DNA from: Vulcanimicrobiota bacterium
GTDB lineage: Bacteria > Vulcanimicrobiota > Vulcanimicrobiia > Vulcanimicrobiales > Vulcanimicrobiaceae
Length of the DNA stretch: 64,000 bases
Reading direction: 5' to 3'
NCBI GenBank assembly: GCA_003135555.1
Contig: PLCF01000085.1
Coordinates: 160,164 to 224,163, forward strand
The notes beneath the pieces were generated by a model. The model made no database searches and was not told the origin of the DNA. It was given only the letters and a program-made list of their open reading frames with translations. The first letter of the stretch is position 1. Each line of letters starts with the position of its first letter. Shown here one piece after another: positions 48,687 through 57,712 of the stretch. Made by a program: the position numbers and the translations under genes.

Positions 48687-49585
48687 GAGCGTAGCGCGCC
48701 GGCGGCGACGAGGTCGACCTCGGCGCCGAGCCCAGCCTCGAAGTCCAGCTGCGGCGACCAGCCCAGCGCGCGCAGCGTGGCCGGCTCTGCGATCTGGGTG
48801 TCCGGTTCGAGCCCCGAGCGCGGGATGGCGCCGAGACGCACCAGTTCGCGTCGTTGCAGCCGCCCGGCGATCGCGAAGAGCACGTCGGCGATCGAGCGGC
48901 CCGTCCCGGTACCGACGTTCGCGATCCCATGGTGGTCCGCGCCCACCAGGAGCGCGAGCGCCGCGGCGACGTCGCTTACGTGCACGAAGTCACGCACTTG
49001 CCGGCCGTCCGTCGCCGCGAACGGTTCACCGCGCGCGAGCGCGAGCGCGGCCTGCGGAATCAGTCGGATCGCCGGCTCGCCTGCGCCGTACACGAGGAAC
49101 AGCCGCGCCCAGCTCACGGGAAACCCCTCGCGCGCCCCGTACGCCAGCGCCAGGGAACCCACGGCCCATTTCGCCGCCGTGTAGAGCACCGCGGGTGCGG
49201 CCGGCGTCGTCTCCTCGCAGACGCCGCTGAAGCTCCCGTATTCGGCGTACGTTCCCGCCGCGACCACCCGCGTTCCGCCGTTGCCCCGGAAGGCTTCGAG
49301 CAGTCGCGCCCCGCCGGCGACCCAGCGCAGATTCTCCGCCGACGTCTTGTGATCGGCGAGCGTCGTACACCACGCCAGGTGCAGCAAATGCGTCGCGCGC
49401 ACCCGACCGCACAGCGCCTCGACCGCACGCTCGTCGGTGAGGTCGCAGCGATGCGTCGTGGCTCCCGCCGGGCCGGCGCCGGCGGCCTGGACGACGGCGT
49501 GCACGTCGTAGCCTGCGGCGAGCAGCAACGGAACGACGGCGGATCCCACGAAGCCGTTCGCGCCCGTGACCAGGACGCGCGGCAT
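48683..49585 (-). CDS. NDP-4-keto-6-deoxyhexose reductase-like SDR (RfbJ/RfbS-like)
   Basis: GANGFVG, HLAW, GTYAEYG, YTAAK, QVRDFVHV. Confidence 0.8.
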   Translation of the reverse strand: MPRVLVTGANGFVGSAVVPLLLAAGYDVHAVVQAAGAGPAGATTHRCDLTDERAVEALCGRVRATHLLHLAWCTTLADHKTSAENLRWVAGGARLLEAFRGNGGTRVVAAGTYAEYGSFSGVCEETTPAAPAVLYTAAKWAVGSLALAYGAREGFPVSWARLFLVYGAGEPAIRLIPQAALALARGEPFAATDGRQVRDFVHVSDVAAALALLVGADHHGIANVGTGTGRSIADVLFAIAGRLQRRELVRLGAIPRSGLEPDTQIAEPATLRALGWSPQLDFEAGLGAEVDLVAAGALRS

Positions 49586-49587
49586 CG

Positions 49588-50649
49588 TCAGCGCCGCTGC
49601 CAAGCCGCTGGATAATGAAGCTGCGGATCGCGGTGATGGAGCAGCTTCGGGCTGACCCCGGGGACGATTCGGAACAGCGGGTCGTCGAGCACCGCCGCAT
49701 CCTTGAGCGCGAGCATGTTGAAGCCGTGCGGCGGGCCCCCCAGAAACGCCGAGTCGGGCGGCACCAGCTCGACCGGCAGGTCGCGCATCGCGACGTGCGA
49801 TTGAAAGTCGCGCACCGCGTACAGCCCGTAGCCGCACTCCTCGAGATAGCGTGCGATCTCCGTCGCGCGCAGCCCGGCGGACCAATCGACGTACGAGCGG
49901 TGGATCTCGAACACGACGTGCGGCGCGTCGGGGCGCTCCAACAACGCGCGGGCGCCGCGCAGCGCGTGCAGCTCGCTGCCTTCGATGTCGAGCATCACCA
50001 GCCCGACGGAGTCCAGCCGTTCGCGCGCGCAGTACGCGTCGATGGTGGTCACCGCGATCGCTCCGGCCGCGCTGGGTTCGGTGCGCGCGAGCTCGTCGGC
50101 GCCGGCGAACTTCAGCCGCGTGCTCTCGTCGTCCCACAGTCCCAGCGCGATCCCGCGCACGTTGGTCAGCCCGTTGCGCCGCGCGTTCTCCTCCAGCATC
50201 GCGAGTTGGCGTGCGTTGGGCTCGAAGGCGTGCACCGTGCCGCCGGACGGCGCGAGCGCCGCCGCGATCAGGACGGCGTGGTCGCCCGAGTACGCGCCGC
50301 CGACGATCACGTTGCGCGCCCCCGCCGCGAGGTGGAGCAGCAGCTTGGTGGTCTGCGGTTCGAAGACGTGGTCGGGATGCTCTTCGGCCCGCATGGCGAG
50401 GTCGCGTGCGATTTGACCGCTGTAGAGCGCGCTGAACGTCAACCCGTCCGCGAGCTGAACCTCGACGCGTTCGACGCCGGCGTGCAGCGCGTCGACGATC
50501 GGACCGGTGATCTCGGTGCGCACGTTTTGGCCGGGCTGGGCCAGCAGCGGCTCGACGTCGCGAAGCGTCGCGGTGAGTGCCGCGCGAGCCTCGGCGTTGG
50601 CCCCGAGCGCACGTAACGCGCGCACGACTGCGGCAGGTTCTACATTCAT
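49588..50649 (-). CDS. FkbM-family methyltransferase
   Basis: FEPQTT, GGAYSG, AFEPN, TIDAY, LDIEGSE. Confidence 0.85.
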   Translation of the reverse strand: MNVEPAAVVRALRALGANAEARAALTATLRDVEPLLAQPGQNVRTEITGPIVDALHAGVERVEVQLADGLTFSALYSGQIARDLAMRAEEHPDHVFEPQTTKLLLHLAAGARNVIVGGAYSGDHAVLIAAALAPSGGTVHAFEPNARQLAMLEENARRNGLTNVRGIALGLWDDESTRLKFAGADELARTEPSAAGAIAVTTIDAYCARERLDSVGLVMLDIEGSELHALRGARALLERPDAPHVVFEIHRSYVDWSAGLRATEIARYLEECGYGLYAVRDFQSHVAMRDLPVELVPPDSAFLGGPPHGFNMLALKDAAVLDDPLFRIVPGVSPKLLHHRDPQLHYPAAWQRR

Positions 50650-50742
50650 GGTCGCGCCTGCCGTACGGGCCTGCAGCGCGCGGGTCCTTCCGCGGTGTTT
50701 CGCGGGGAGGTAAGCATGCCGGACGTGTCGATCCTACTGGCG

Positions 50743-51540
50743 GTGAAGGTTGTGATCCTTGCCGGGGGACTCGGGACCCGAATGGGTGACGAGACGCTGG
50801 TGCGGCCCAAACCGCTCATCGAGATCGGCGGACACCCGATCCTGTGGCACCTCATGAACGTCTATGCGGCGTACGGTTTCGATGAGTTCGTGCTGGCCCT
50901 GGGATACCGGGGCGATTTGATCAAGGACTACTTCCTCAACTTCGAAGCCCGCAACAGCGATTTGACGATCGATCTCGGCAGCGGCGCGGTCGAGGTGCTC
51001 GAGCGGCGCCATCCACGCTGGAAGGTCCATCTCATCGACACCGGCCTCGACACCCAGACGGGCGGACGGCTCCTTCGCCTGCGCGAGCTGATCGGCGAGC
51101 AGCGCTTCATGTTGACGTACGGTGACGGGCTCGCCAGCGTCGACGTGCGGGCGCTCGTGCAAGCGCACGAGTCGCGCGGGGCGCGTGCGACGTTGACGGC
51201 GGTCCGGCCGCCGGCGCGGTTCGGCAACATTCGTTTGGCTCACGACGGTGCCCGGATCGAAGACTTCACCGAAAAGCCGCAGACCGACGCGGGCTGGATC
51301 AACGGCGGTTTCTTCGTGTTCGAGCCGGCGATCTTCGACTACATCGACGGCGATGCGACGGCGCTGGAACGCGAGCCGCTCGAACGGCTGGCCGCCGACG
51401 GCGGGCTATACGCGTTTCGCCATGAAGGCTTCTGGCAGCCGATGGATACGCTGCGCGAGCGCCGTCTGCTCGAAGAGCTGTGGGACTCGGGGCGCGCGCC
51501 CTGGAACGTCTGGAACGACCTGCCCTCGCCCACGGCGTGA
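50743..51540 (+). CDS. rfbF: Glucose-1-phosphate cytidylyltransferase
   Basis: VILAGGLGTRMGDET, PKP, TGGRL, TYGDG, WINGGFF, FWQPMDT. Alternative start ATG 50716. Confidence 0.93.
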   Translation: MKVVILAGGLGTRMGDETLVRPKPLIEIGGHPILWHLMNVYAAYGFDEFVLALGYRGDLIKDYFLNFEARNSDLTIDLGSGAVEVLERRHPRWKVHLIDTGLDTQTGGRLLRLRELIGEQRFMLTYGDGLASVDVRALVQAHESRGARATLTAVRPPARFGNIRLAHDGARIEDFTEKPQTDAGWINGGFFVFEPAIFDYIDGDATALEREPLERLAADGGLYAFRHEGFWQPMDTLRERRLLEELWDSGRAPWNVWNDLPSPTA

Positions 51541-51562
51541 CGGCGCGCCGGCCGAAGCGCTC

Positions 51563-52681
51563 GTGCTGATCTCCGCATTCGATTTCCGCCACAATGCGAT
51601 AGGATTCTTGCGTCTTGCGTTCGCTGCGCTGGTGGTCTTCTCGCACGCTTTCACGCTGGGCGGGTTCGGCGACGACCCGGTCAGCCGCTGGAGCGGCGAG
51701 CACGAGGACTTGGGCAACATCGCGGTCGCCGGGTTCTTCGTGCTTAGCGGGTTTCTCATCACCCGCAGCGCGGAGCGCGCCCGCACGGTGCCGCGTTTCT
51801 TGTGGCACCGGTTCTTGCGCATCTTCCCAGCCTTCTGGGTGTGTCTCGTCGTTACCGCGCTCGTGCTCGCGCCGGTCGTCGCGCTGCTCGAAGGCCGCAG
51901 CCTTGCGGGATACGTCGCCGCTGCCGGCGATTCGCCGTGGCGGTACCTCGTGGTGAACGCCGATCTGACGATGCGCCAATACGGGGTCGCCGGGTTGTTG
52001 TCGCAGGTGCCGTATCCGCGCGCCTTCGACGGCTCGCTGTGGACCCTGCGGTTCGAGTTCGGTTGTTATCTCGCCGTCGCGGTGCTGGCCGCGGTCGGAC
52101 TCGTACGCCGCAGGCGCTCGGTCGTCGCGGCGCTGACGGCCGCCCTCTATCTGGCCTACGCGGTTCCGGTCGCGCTCGACGGCGTCGTGAAGCTGCCGTT
52201 TCCGTTCGACGTCGTGGTGCGCGGCAACGACCGCCTCGTCGCCGAGTTGATCGTGTACTTCTTCGCCGGCGCAACGGCGTATCTGTACCGCGACCGGATC
52301 CGCTTGACACGCGCGCTGGGCATCGCGGGCGTGGTGATCTCCGCGGTGGCCCTGCACTACCCGATCTACGGGCTGGTCCTGCCGATCGGCTTCAGCGCGG
52401 CGACGCTGTGGCTGGCGGCGGAGCTTCCGTTGCGCGACGTCGACCGGCGCTTCGACCTGTCGTACGGGTTGTACATCTACGCGTTTCCGTTGCAGCAGAT
52501 CGCGGCCGAGTGCGGTTTGTCGCGGCTCGGCGTCGCGGTCTCCACCGCCGTGCCACTCGCCGGTGCGCTGGCGATGGCCGCGGGGAGCTGGGTGCTCGTC
52601 GAGCGTCCGGCGCTCGCGCTCAAGGAAGCGACGCCGCCGGCGTTGCGCTGGTTGCTCGAGCCGCGGCGGGCGCGCCCGTGA
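51563..52681 (+). CDS. Acyltransferase family 3 (OafA-like)
   Basis: LRLAFA...FSH, FFVLSGFLI, RFLRIFP, DGSLWTL, DLSYGLYIY, VERP. Confidence 0.9.
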   Translation: MLISAFDFRHNAIGFLRLAFAALVVFSHAFTLGGFGDDPVSRWSGEHEDLGNIAVAGFFVLSGFLITRSAERARTVPRFLWHRFLRIFPAFWVCLVVTALVLAPVVALLEGRSLAGYVAAAGDSPWRYLVVNADLTMRQYGVAGLLSQVPYPRAFDGSLWTLRFEFGCYLAVAVLAAVGLVRRRRSVVAALTAALYLAYAVPVALDGVVKLPFPFDVVVRGNDRLVAELIVYFFAGATAYLYRDRIRLTRALGIAGVVISAVALHYPIYGLVLPIGFSAATLWLAAELPLRDVDRRFDLSYGLYIYAFPLQQIAAECGLSRLGVAVSTAVPLAGALAMAAGSWVLVERPALALKEATPPALRWLLEPRRARP

Positions 52682-53733
52682 CCTGGAGCGGCAAGCGCGT
52701 CCTCGTGACCGGCCACACCGGGTTCAAAGGCGCCTGGCTGGCGTGGTGGTTGTCGCGTTCCGGCGCCGCGGTGACGGGCTACGCCCTGCCGGCCGACGAG
52801 GGCCGGCCCAACCTCTTTCGCGCGCTGCGCCTCGACGCGGCGATCGAATCGGCGCTCGGCGACGTGCGCGACCGCTCCGCCGTCCGGCGGTTCGTCGAGC
52901 GGGTCAAGCCCGACGCCGTGTTCCACTTGGCCGCGCAGGCGCTGGTGCGGGCGGCCTATGCCGATCCCGCCGGCACGTTCGAGACCAACGTGGCCGGTAC
53001 GGCGGCGCTGCTCGACGCGGTCCGCACCAGCGACTCGGTGCGCGCGGTCGTGGTGGTGACCTCCGACAAGTGTTACTTGCCGCGCAGCTCGGGCGCGCCG
53101 TACCGCGAAGACGATCCGCTGGGCGGCTACGATCCGTACGGCGCGAGCAAGGCGGCGCAGGAGATCGTCGCAGCCGCGTACCGGTCGTCGTACTTCGCCG
53201 CCGGCCCGCTGCTGGCGACCGTTCGCGCGGGGAACGTCATCGGCGGGGGCGACTGGTCCGCCGACCGTCTCGTCCCCGACGCGATCGATGCGCTCCTTGG
53301 CAAGGCACCGCTGGTGCTGCGCTACCCCGACGCGGTACGGCCGTGGCAGCACGTGCTCGAACCGCTGCATGCCTACCTGGTCGTGGCGGAACGCCTGCTC
53401 GGCGGTGATGCCGAAGTCGCGTCGGCGTTCAACGTCGGCCCGGGCGAGTCAGGGCATCGCACCGTCGCCGAGGTGATCGACCTGCTCTACGCCGCCTGGG
53501 GACGCGCACCGGCGTGGGAGCGCGCCGCCGGCATCCAACCCGCGGAGGCCCCGGTGCTGCGACTCGATGCCGGCAAGGCGGCGCGCGCGTTGAGTATCGT
53601 CCCGCGCTTCGGCCTCGAGGTCGCGTGTCGCCGCACGGCGGAGTGGTACCGCGCATGGTCACAGGGCGCGGATGCGCGCGCGTTGTGCGACGCCGACATC
53701 GATGCGTTTGCGGGGCCCGCGTGCAACGCTTGA
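52678..53733 (+). CDS. rfbG: CDP-glucose 4,6-dehydratase
   Basis: TGHTGFKGAWL, AAQALV, TSDKCY, RAGNVIGGGDW, RPWQHVLEP. Confidence 0.95.
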   Translation: MTWSGKRVLVTGHTGFKGAWLAWWLSRSGAAVTGYALPADEGRPNLFRALRLDAAIESALGDVRDRSAVRRFVERVKPDAVFHLAAQALVRAAYADPAGTFETNVAGTAALLDAVRTSDSVRAVVVVTSDKCYLPRSSGAPYREDDPLGGYDPYGASKAAQEIVAAAYRSSYFAAGPLLATVRAGNVIGGGDWSADRLVPDAIDALLGKAPLVLRYPDAVRPWQHVLEPLHAYLVVAERLLGGDAEVASAFNVGPGESGHRTVAEVIDLLYAAWGRAPAWERAAGIQPAEAPVLRLDAGKAARALSIVPRFGLEVACRRTAEWYRAWSQGADARALCDADIDAFAGPACNA

Positions 53734-54953
53734 CCTGCCGAGGCTGCGGCGCCGTGGTGAGCGAGTCGCTGGTCGATCTCGGGATGCAGCCGCTGGCGAA
53801 CGCCTACATCGCTCCGGAGCACGCCGCGAGCGCCGAGACGTTCTACCCGTTGCACCCCATGGTGTGCGGGCGGTGCTACTTCGTGCAACTCGGCGTGTTC
53901 GAAACGCCGGAGCGCATCTTCGGCGACTACGCGTACTTCTCGTCGTTCTCGACCTCGTGGCTCGAGCATAGCCGCGCGCACGTCGAGCGCGCGATCGGCC
54001 GGCTCGGCCTGGGCGCCCGCTCGTTCGTAGTCGAGGTCGGCAGCAACGACGGCTATCTGCTCAAGGCGTTCGTCGAGCGTGACATCCCGGTGCTGGGCGT
54101 CGAGCCGGCAGCCAACGTCGCGGAGGAGGCCCGCCGCAACGGGGTTCCGACGCGGACCGCCTTTTTCGGCGCCGCCGAGGCCGACCGCATCGTCGCGGAG
54201 CACGGACGCGCCGCGATGATGATCGCGAACAACGTGCTGGCGCACGTGCCCGACATCCACGACTTTGTCGAAGGCTTCCGCCGCGTGCTGGCGCCCGAAG
54301 GGATAGCGACGTTCGAGTTTCCGCACCTGCTGCTGCTGCTCGAGCAGACGGAGTTCGACACGATCTATCACGAGCATTTCAGCTACCTCTCCCTGCTCGC
54401 CGTCGAGCCGGTGTTCGCGGCGCATGGTTTGCGCGTTGTCGATGCGGAGCGCATCCCGACGCACGGCGGCTCGTTGCGGCTGTGGGTCGGGCACGCGGGA
54501 GCGGCCCGCGCGCCGGCACCGGCGGTCGAGGCGCTGCGAGCGCTCGAGCGCGAGGGCGGCTTGGCCGATCTGCGCACCTACGCCGCGTTCGCGCCGCGGG
54601 TCCACGCGATCAAGAACGAGCTCCTGCGCTTTCTCATCGACGCCGCTGCGAACGGGAAACGCGTCGTAGGCTACGGCGCGGCGGCCAAGGGGAACACGCT
54701 GCTCAACTACTGCGGGATACGCAGCGACCTGGTGCCGTTCGTGGTCGATCGCAACCCGCACAAGCAGGGCTGCTTGCTGCCGGGGAGCCGGCTGCCGGTC
54801 GAGGCGGTCGAACGCCTGCGCGAGGCGCGCCCCGACTACGTGCTGGTCCTGCCCTGGAACCTGACCGCCGAGATCACCGCGCAGATGGCCTTCGTGCGCG
54901 GCTGGGGCGGACGCTTTGTGACGGCGGTTCCACACTTGGCGGTGTTGCCGTGA
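53721..54953 (+). CDS. NDP-hexose 3-C-methyltransferase
   Basis: Zn motif CRGC...CGRC, DLGMQPLAN, EVGSNDG, NNVLAHVP, DTIYHEH, HGGSLR, YGAAAKGNT. Confidence 0.9.
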   Translation: MQRLTCRGCGAVVSESLVDLGMQPLANAYIAPEHAASAETFYPLHPMVCGRCYFVQLGVFETPERIFGDYAYFSSFSTSWLEHSRAHVERAIGRLGLGARSFVVEVGSNDGYLLKAFVERDIPVLGVEPAANVAEEARRNGVPTRTAFFGAAEADRIVAEHGRAAMMIANNVLAHVPDIHDFVEGFRRVLAPEGIATFEFPHLLLLLEQTEFDTIYHEHFSYLSLLAVEPVFAAHGLRVVDAERIPTHGGSLRLWVGHAGAARAPAPAVEALRALEREGGLADLRTYAAFAPRVHAIKNELLRFLIDAAANGKRVVGYGAAAKGNTLLNYCGIRSDLVPFVVDRNPHKQGCLLPGSRLPVEAVERLREARPDYVLVLPWNLTAEITAQMAFVRGWGGRFVTAVPHLAVLP

Positions 54954-55498
54954 CCGTGTCGCCGACGGCGATCCCGGGGCTCGTGGTGATCGACGTCGAG
55001 GTCCATCGCGACGAGCGCGGCAGCTTCGCCCGCGTCTTCGACCGCGAGGTCTTCCGCGCGCACGGGTTGTGCGCGGACTACCCGCAGCACGGGTGGGCGA
55101 CCAACTCGCAGCGCGGCGTGGTCCGCGGCCTGCACTATCAGACCGCGCCGTTCGCCGAGCACAAAGTCGTGCGCTGCACGCGGGGAACGGTGTGGGACGT
55201 CGTCCTCGACGCGCGCCGCGGCTCCCCGACCTACGGCCGCTGGGAGGCATTCGAGCTGGACGGCGAACGACCGCGGATGCTCTATCTGTGCGCCGGGCTG
55301 GCCCACGGCTACCAGACCCTCAGCGCCGAGTCCGAGCTGCACTACCTCCTTTCGGCGCCGTATACGCCGGCGCACGCGGCCGGCGTGCACTGGCGCGACG
55401 CCCGGCTGGCGATTCCCTGGCCGCTCCCTGCCACGGTGGTCGGCGCGCGCGACGAGGCGCTTCCGCAACTCGCCGACGCCCCGGATTCCACGCCGTGA
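54950..55498 (+). CDS. rmlC: NDP-4-keto-6-deoxyglucose 3,5-epimerase (RmlC family)
   Basis: DERGSF, RGLHYQ, KVVRC, AHGYQTL, WP. Confidence 0.85.
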   Translation: MTVSPTAIPGLVVIDVEVHRDERGSFARVFDREVFRAHGLCADYPQHGWATNSQRGVVRGLHYQTAPFAEHKVVRCTRGTVWDVVLDARRGSPTYGRWEAFELDGERPRMLYLCAGLAHGYQTLSAESELHYLLSAPYTPAHAAGVHWRDARLAIPWPLPATVVGARDEALPQLADAPDSTP

Positions 55499-56562
55499 TC
55501 GCCTGCGTGATCCCCGCTTACCGCGCGGGCGGTACCGTCTGCGCGGTCGTGCGCGACGCGCTGCGCCACTGCGACGTGGTCGTGGTGGTGGACGACGCCT
55601 GTCCCGACCACAGCGGCGACCTCGTCGCAGCCGAGTTCGGCGCGAACGACGCGGTGCGGGTGGTGCGCCACGAACGCAACGGCGGCGTGGGGCGCGCCAT
55701 GAAGTCCGGCTTCGCGGAGTGCATTCGGATCGGGGCGTCGATCGTCGTCAAGATCGACGCCGACGGGCAGATGGACGTCGGGTACATCCCGCGCGTCGTC
55801 GAGCTGTTCGAGGCCGATCCCGATCTCATCTACGTCAAGGGCAACCGCTTCGCCAACACCGACGTGCTCGGGCGCATGCCGAAGCTGCGCCTCTTCGGCA
55901 ACGCCATGCTCTCCCTGCTCGTCAAGTTCAGCTCGGGCTACTGGAACCTGCTCGACCCGACCAACGGCTACATCGCCTTCAACGGGCTGGCGCTGGCCGA
56001 GATGGACCTCGAGCAGTTCGCCGACTCGTTCTTCTTCGAGATCAGCGTGCTGTGCGCGCTGGGATTGAAGAACGCGCGCATCGCCGAGCTGGAGATGACC
56101 ACGATCTACGGCGACGAGCAGAGCTCGCTTTCGATCCGCAAAGTTGCGCTGGAGTTTCCGCCCCGGTTGCTGGGGAGGTTCTTGCGCCGCATCCTGCTGC
56201 GCTACTTCGTGTTCGACGTGAACTTGGGGACGCTGTACCTCGTCTTCGGCACGCTGCTGCTGGTGGGCGCCGGCGGGCTGGGGATCGTCGAATGGATCCA
56301 GTCCGCGGTCACCGGGCTACCACGCTCGACCGGCACCGTGATGCTGGTCGTGCTCCCGTTTCTGATCGGGGTGCAGCTGTTCCTCAACGCGCTGATGTAC
56401 GACGTGCAGTTCGCGCCGCGTTCGGATCACGTCTTCGCGCTGCGCCGTCCGCTGGTGCGGGTGCGCGCGCAGGCTCGCCCGGCCGCCGAACGCGACCGGG
56501 ACGAGCAGCGACCAACTGGGGATTCCCTACAACGGCGAGCTGATCGGCACGACGACGCTTGA
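55495..56562 (+). CDS. GT2 polyprenol-phosphate glycosyltransferase with two C-terminal TM helices
   Basis: VIPAY, VDDACPD, NGGVG, DADGQM, KGNRF, DPTNGY. Confidence 0.87.
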   Translation: MIACVIPAYRAGGTVCAVVRDALRHCDVVVVVDDACPDHSGDLVAAEFGANDAVRVVRHERNGGVGRAMKSGFAECIRIGASIVVKIDADGQMDVGYIPRVVELFEADPDLIYVKGNRFANTDVLGRMPKLRLFGNAMLSLLVKFSSGYWNLLDPTNGYIAFNGLALAEMDLEQFADSFFFEISVLCALGLKNARIAELEMTTIYGDEQSSLSIRKVALEFPPRLLGRFLRRILLRYFVFDVNLGTLYLVFGTLLLVGAGGLGIVEWIQSAVTGLPRSTGTVMLVVLPFLIGVQLFLNALMYDVQFAPRSDHVFALRRPLVRVRAQARPAAERDRDEQRPTGDSLQRRADRHDDA

Positions 56563-56639
56563 GACGAATAGCGGCGGCACGTCCGTCTGGCGGCGGAGGT
56601 TCCCAGACCGGAAATCGGCATCAGTAGATGAGACGCGCC

Positions 56640-57473
56640 CTAGGGCGCAGAGGCCAACGCGCGTATAACCATCTGTGCGATGAGCCCTTGTCCGTCGGGG
56701 GTGGGGTGAATAAATGGCGGCCCGGATTCGATCAACGCGAGGCCGCCGTTGTTCGCGATGGCTGCGTAGGTGTCGGCAAAAGCGACGCCGTTGCGCGCTG
56801 CAACCGCGCGGGCCGCAGCGTTGAAGTCTGCCAGCGCCTGCACCCGCGACGACCAATACGTCGGAGACTCGTAGCTGATCCCCGTCACGACGATGCACGA
56901 GCGCGGGGTTCCCTTCGCGATAAGCGCCGCGATCACGGTATCGTAGACCACGCCGAAGTTCGTCGGGTTGAGGTCGTTGGGATAGAGCGGCGAGGCGTTC
57001 ACGTCGTTCATTCCGTACGCGAGCACGAAGCACGACTTCGGGCCAGCGTACGAGACAAGGTCGCCGGGATTGCGAAAGCGGGCCAGCCCCGACGCCGCAT
57101 CGTTGGCGCACTGATCGGCGGGAGCGCACGTTTCGAGCGTCGTGCTGCCGATGCCAAGGTTGACTTCGTGCCCGAAACCGAGTGATGTCGCGACGCGATC
57201 GAGGTAACCGGGGCCGTTTCCGGGCAGTGAGGGCGTGAAACTCGGATACTGCGAGTACTGCGCGGTGATGCTGTCGCCCCAGCCGATGATCGTCCAGTCG
57301 GAATAGCCGTCACCCAGCGAGACGAGGACGCCGCTCGCGGGGGTCATCGCCACGGGCGAGGTCAGCGCGACCCCGACATCGTGCCGGGCCTCGCGGAGCG
57401 GCAGCGCGCGGGCGTCGGCGCCGCAGGCCGCGAGGGCGACGCTCCCCACCAGCGTCGCGAGTAGGAGTTTCAC
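56640..57473 (-). CDS. SGNH/GDSL hydrolase lipoprotein
   Basis: AGGAGG RBS, lipobox LAAC, GDSIT, YGMND, IHPT. Confidence 0.82.
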   Translation of the reverse strand: MKLLLATLVGSVALAACGADARALPLREARHDVGVALTSPVAMTPASGVLVSLGDGYSDWTIIGWGDSITAQYSQYPSFTPSLPGNGPGYLDRVATSLGFGHEVNLGIGSTTLETCAPADQCANDAASGLARFRNPGDLVSYAGPKSCFVLAYGMNDVNASPLYPNDLNPTNFGVVYDTVIAALIAKGTPRSCIVVTGISYESPTYWSSRVQALADFNAAARAVAARNGVAFADTYAAIANNGGLALIESGPPFIHPTPDGQGLIAQMVIRALASAP

Positions 57474-57712
57474 CGCTGTCCTCCTGGCTCGTGGTCGATG
57501 TGTTCTTGGGGCGCGGTTACGGACCCGATCATAGCCGATCCCTCGGGCCCATGCTCGCCACAGGACTGCGACGCGCGGGCCGCTGTGTCGGCACACCTTC
57601 ACGCCGACATCCCTCACGGTCCGAACGACAACGGAATAGGTGTGGACCAAACACGCCTGCCACCCTATAAGCGCGACACCCGCGACTCCCTCATCGCGGA
57701 GCGTCGAAGGAC

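Noticed and set aside
57474-57712. Hairpins upstream of the SGNH lipoprotein as a riboswitch
   Set aside because: Only short GC stems; no recognisable aptamer consensus or terminator.
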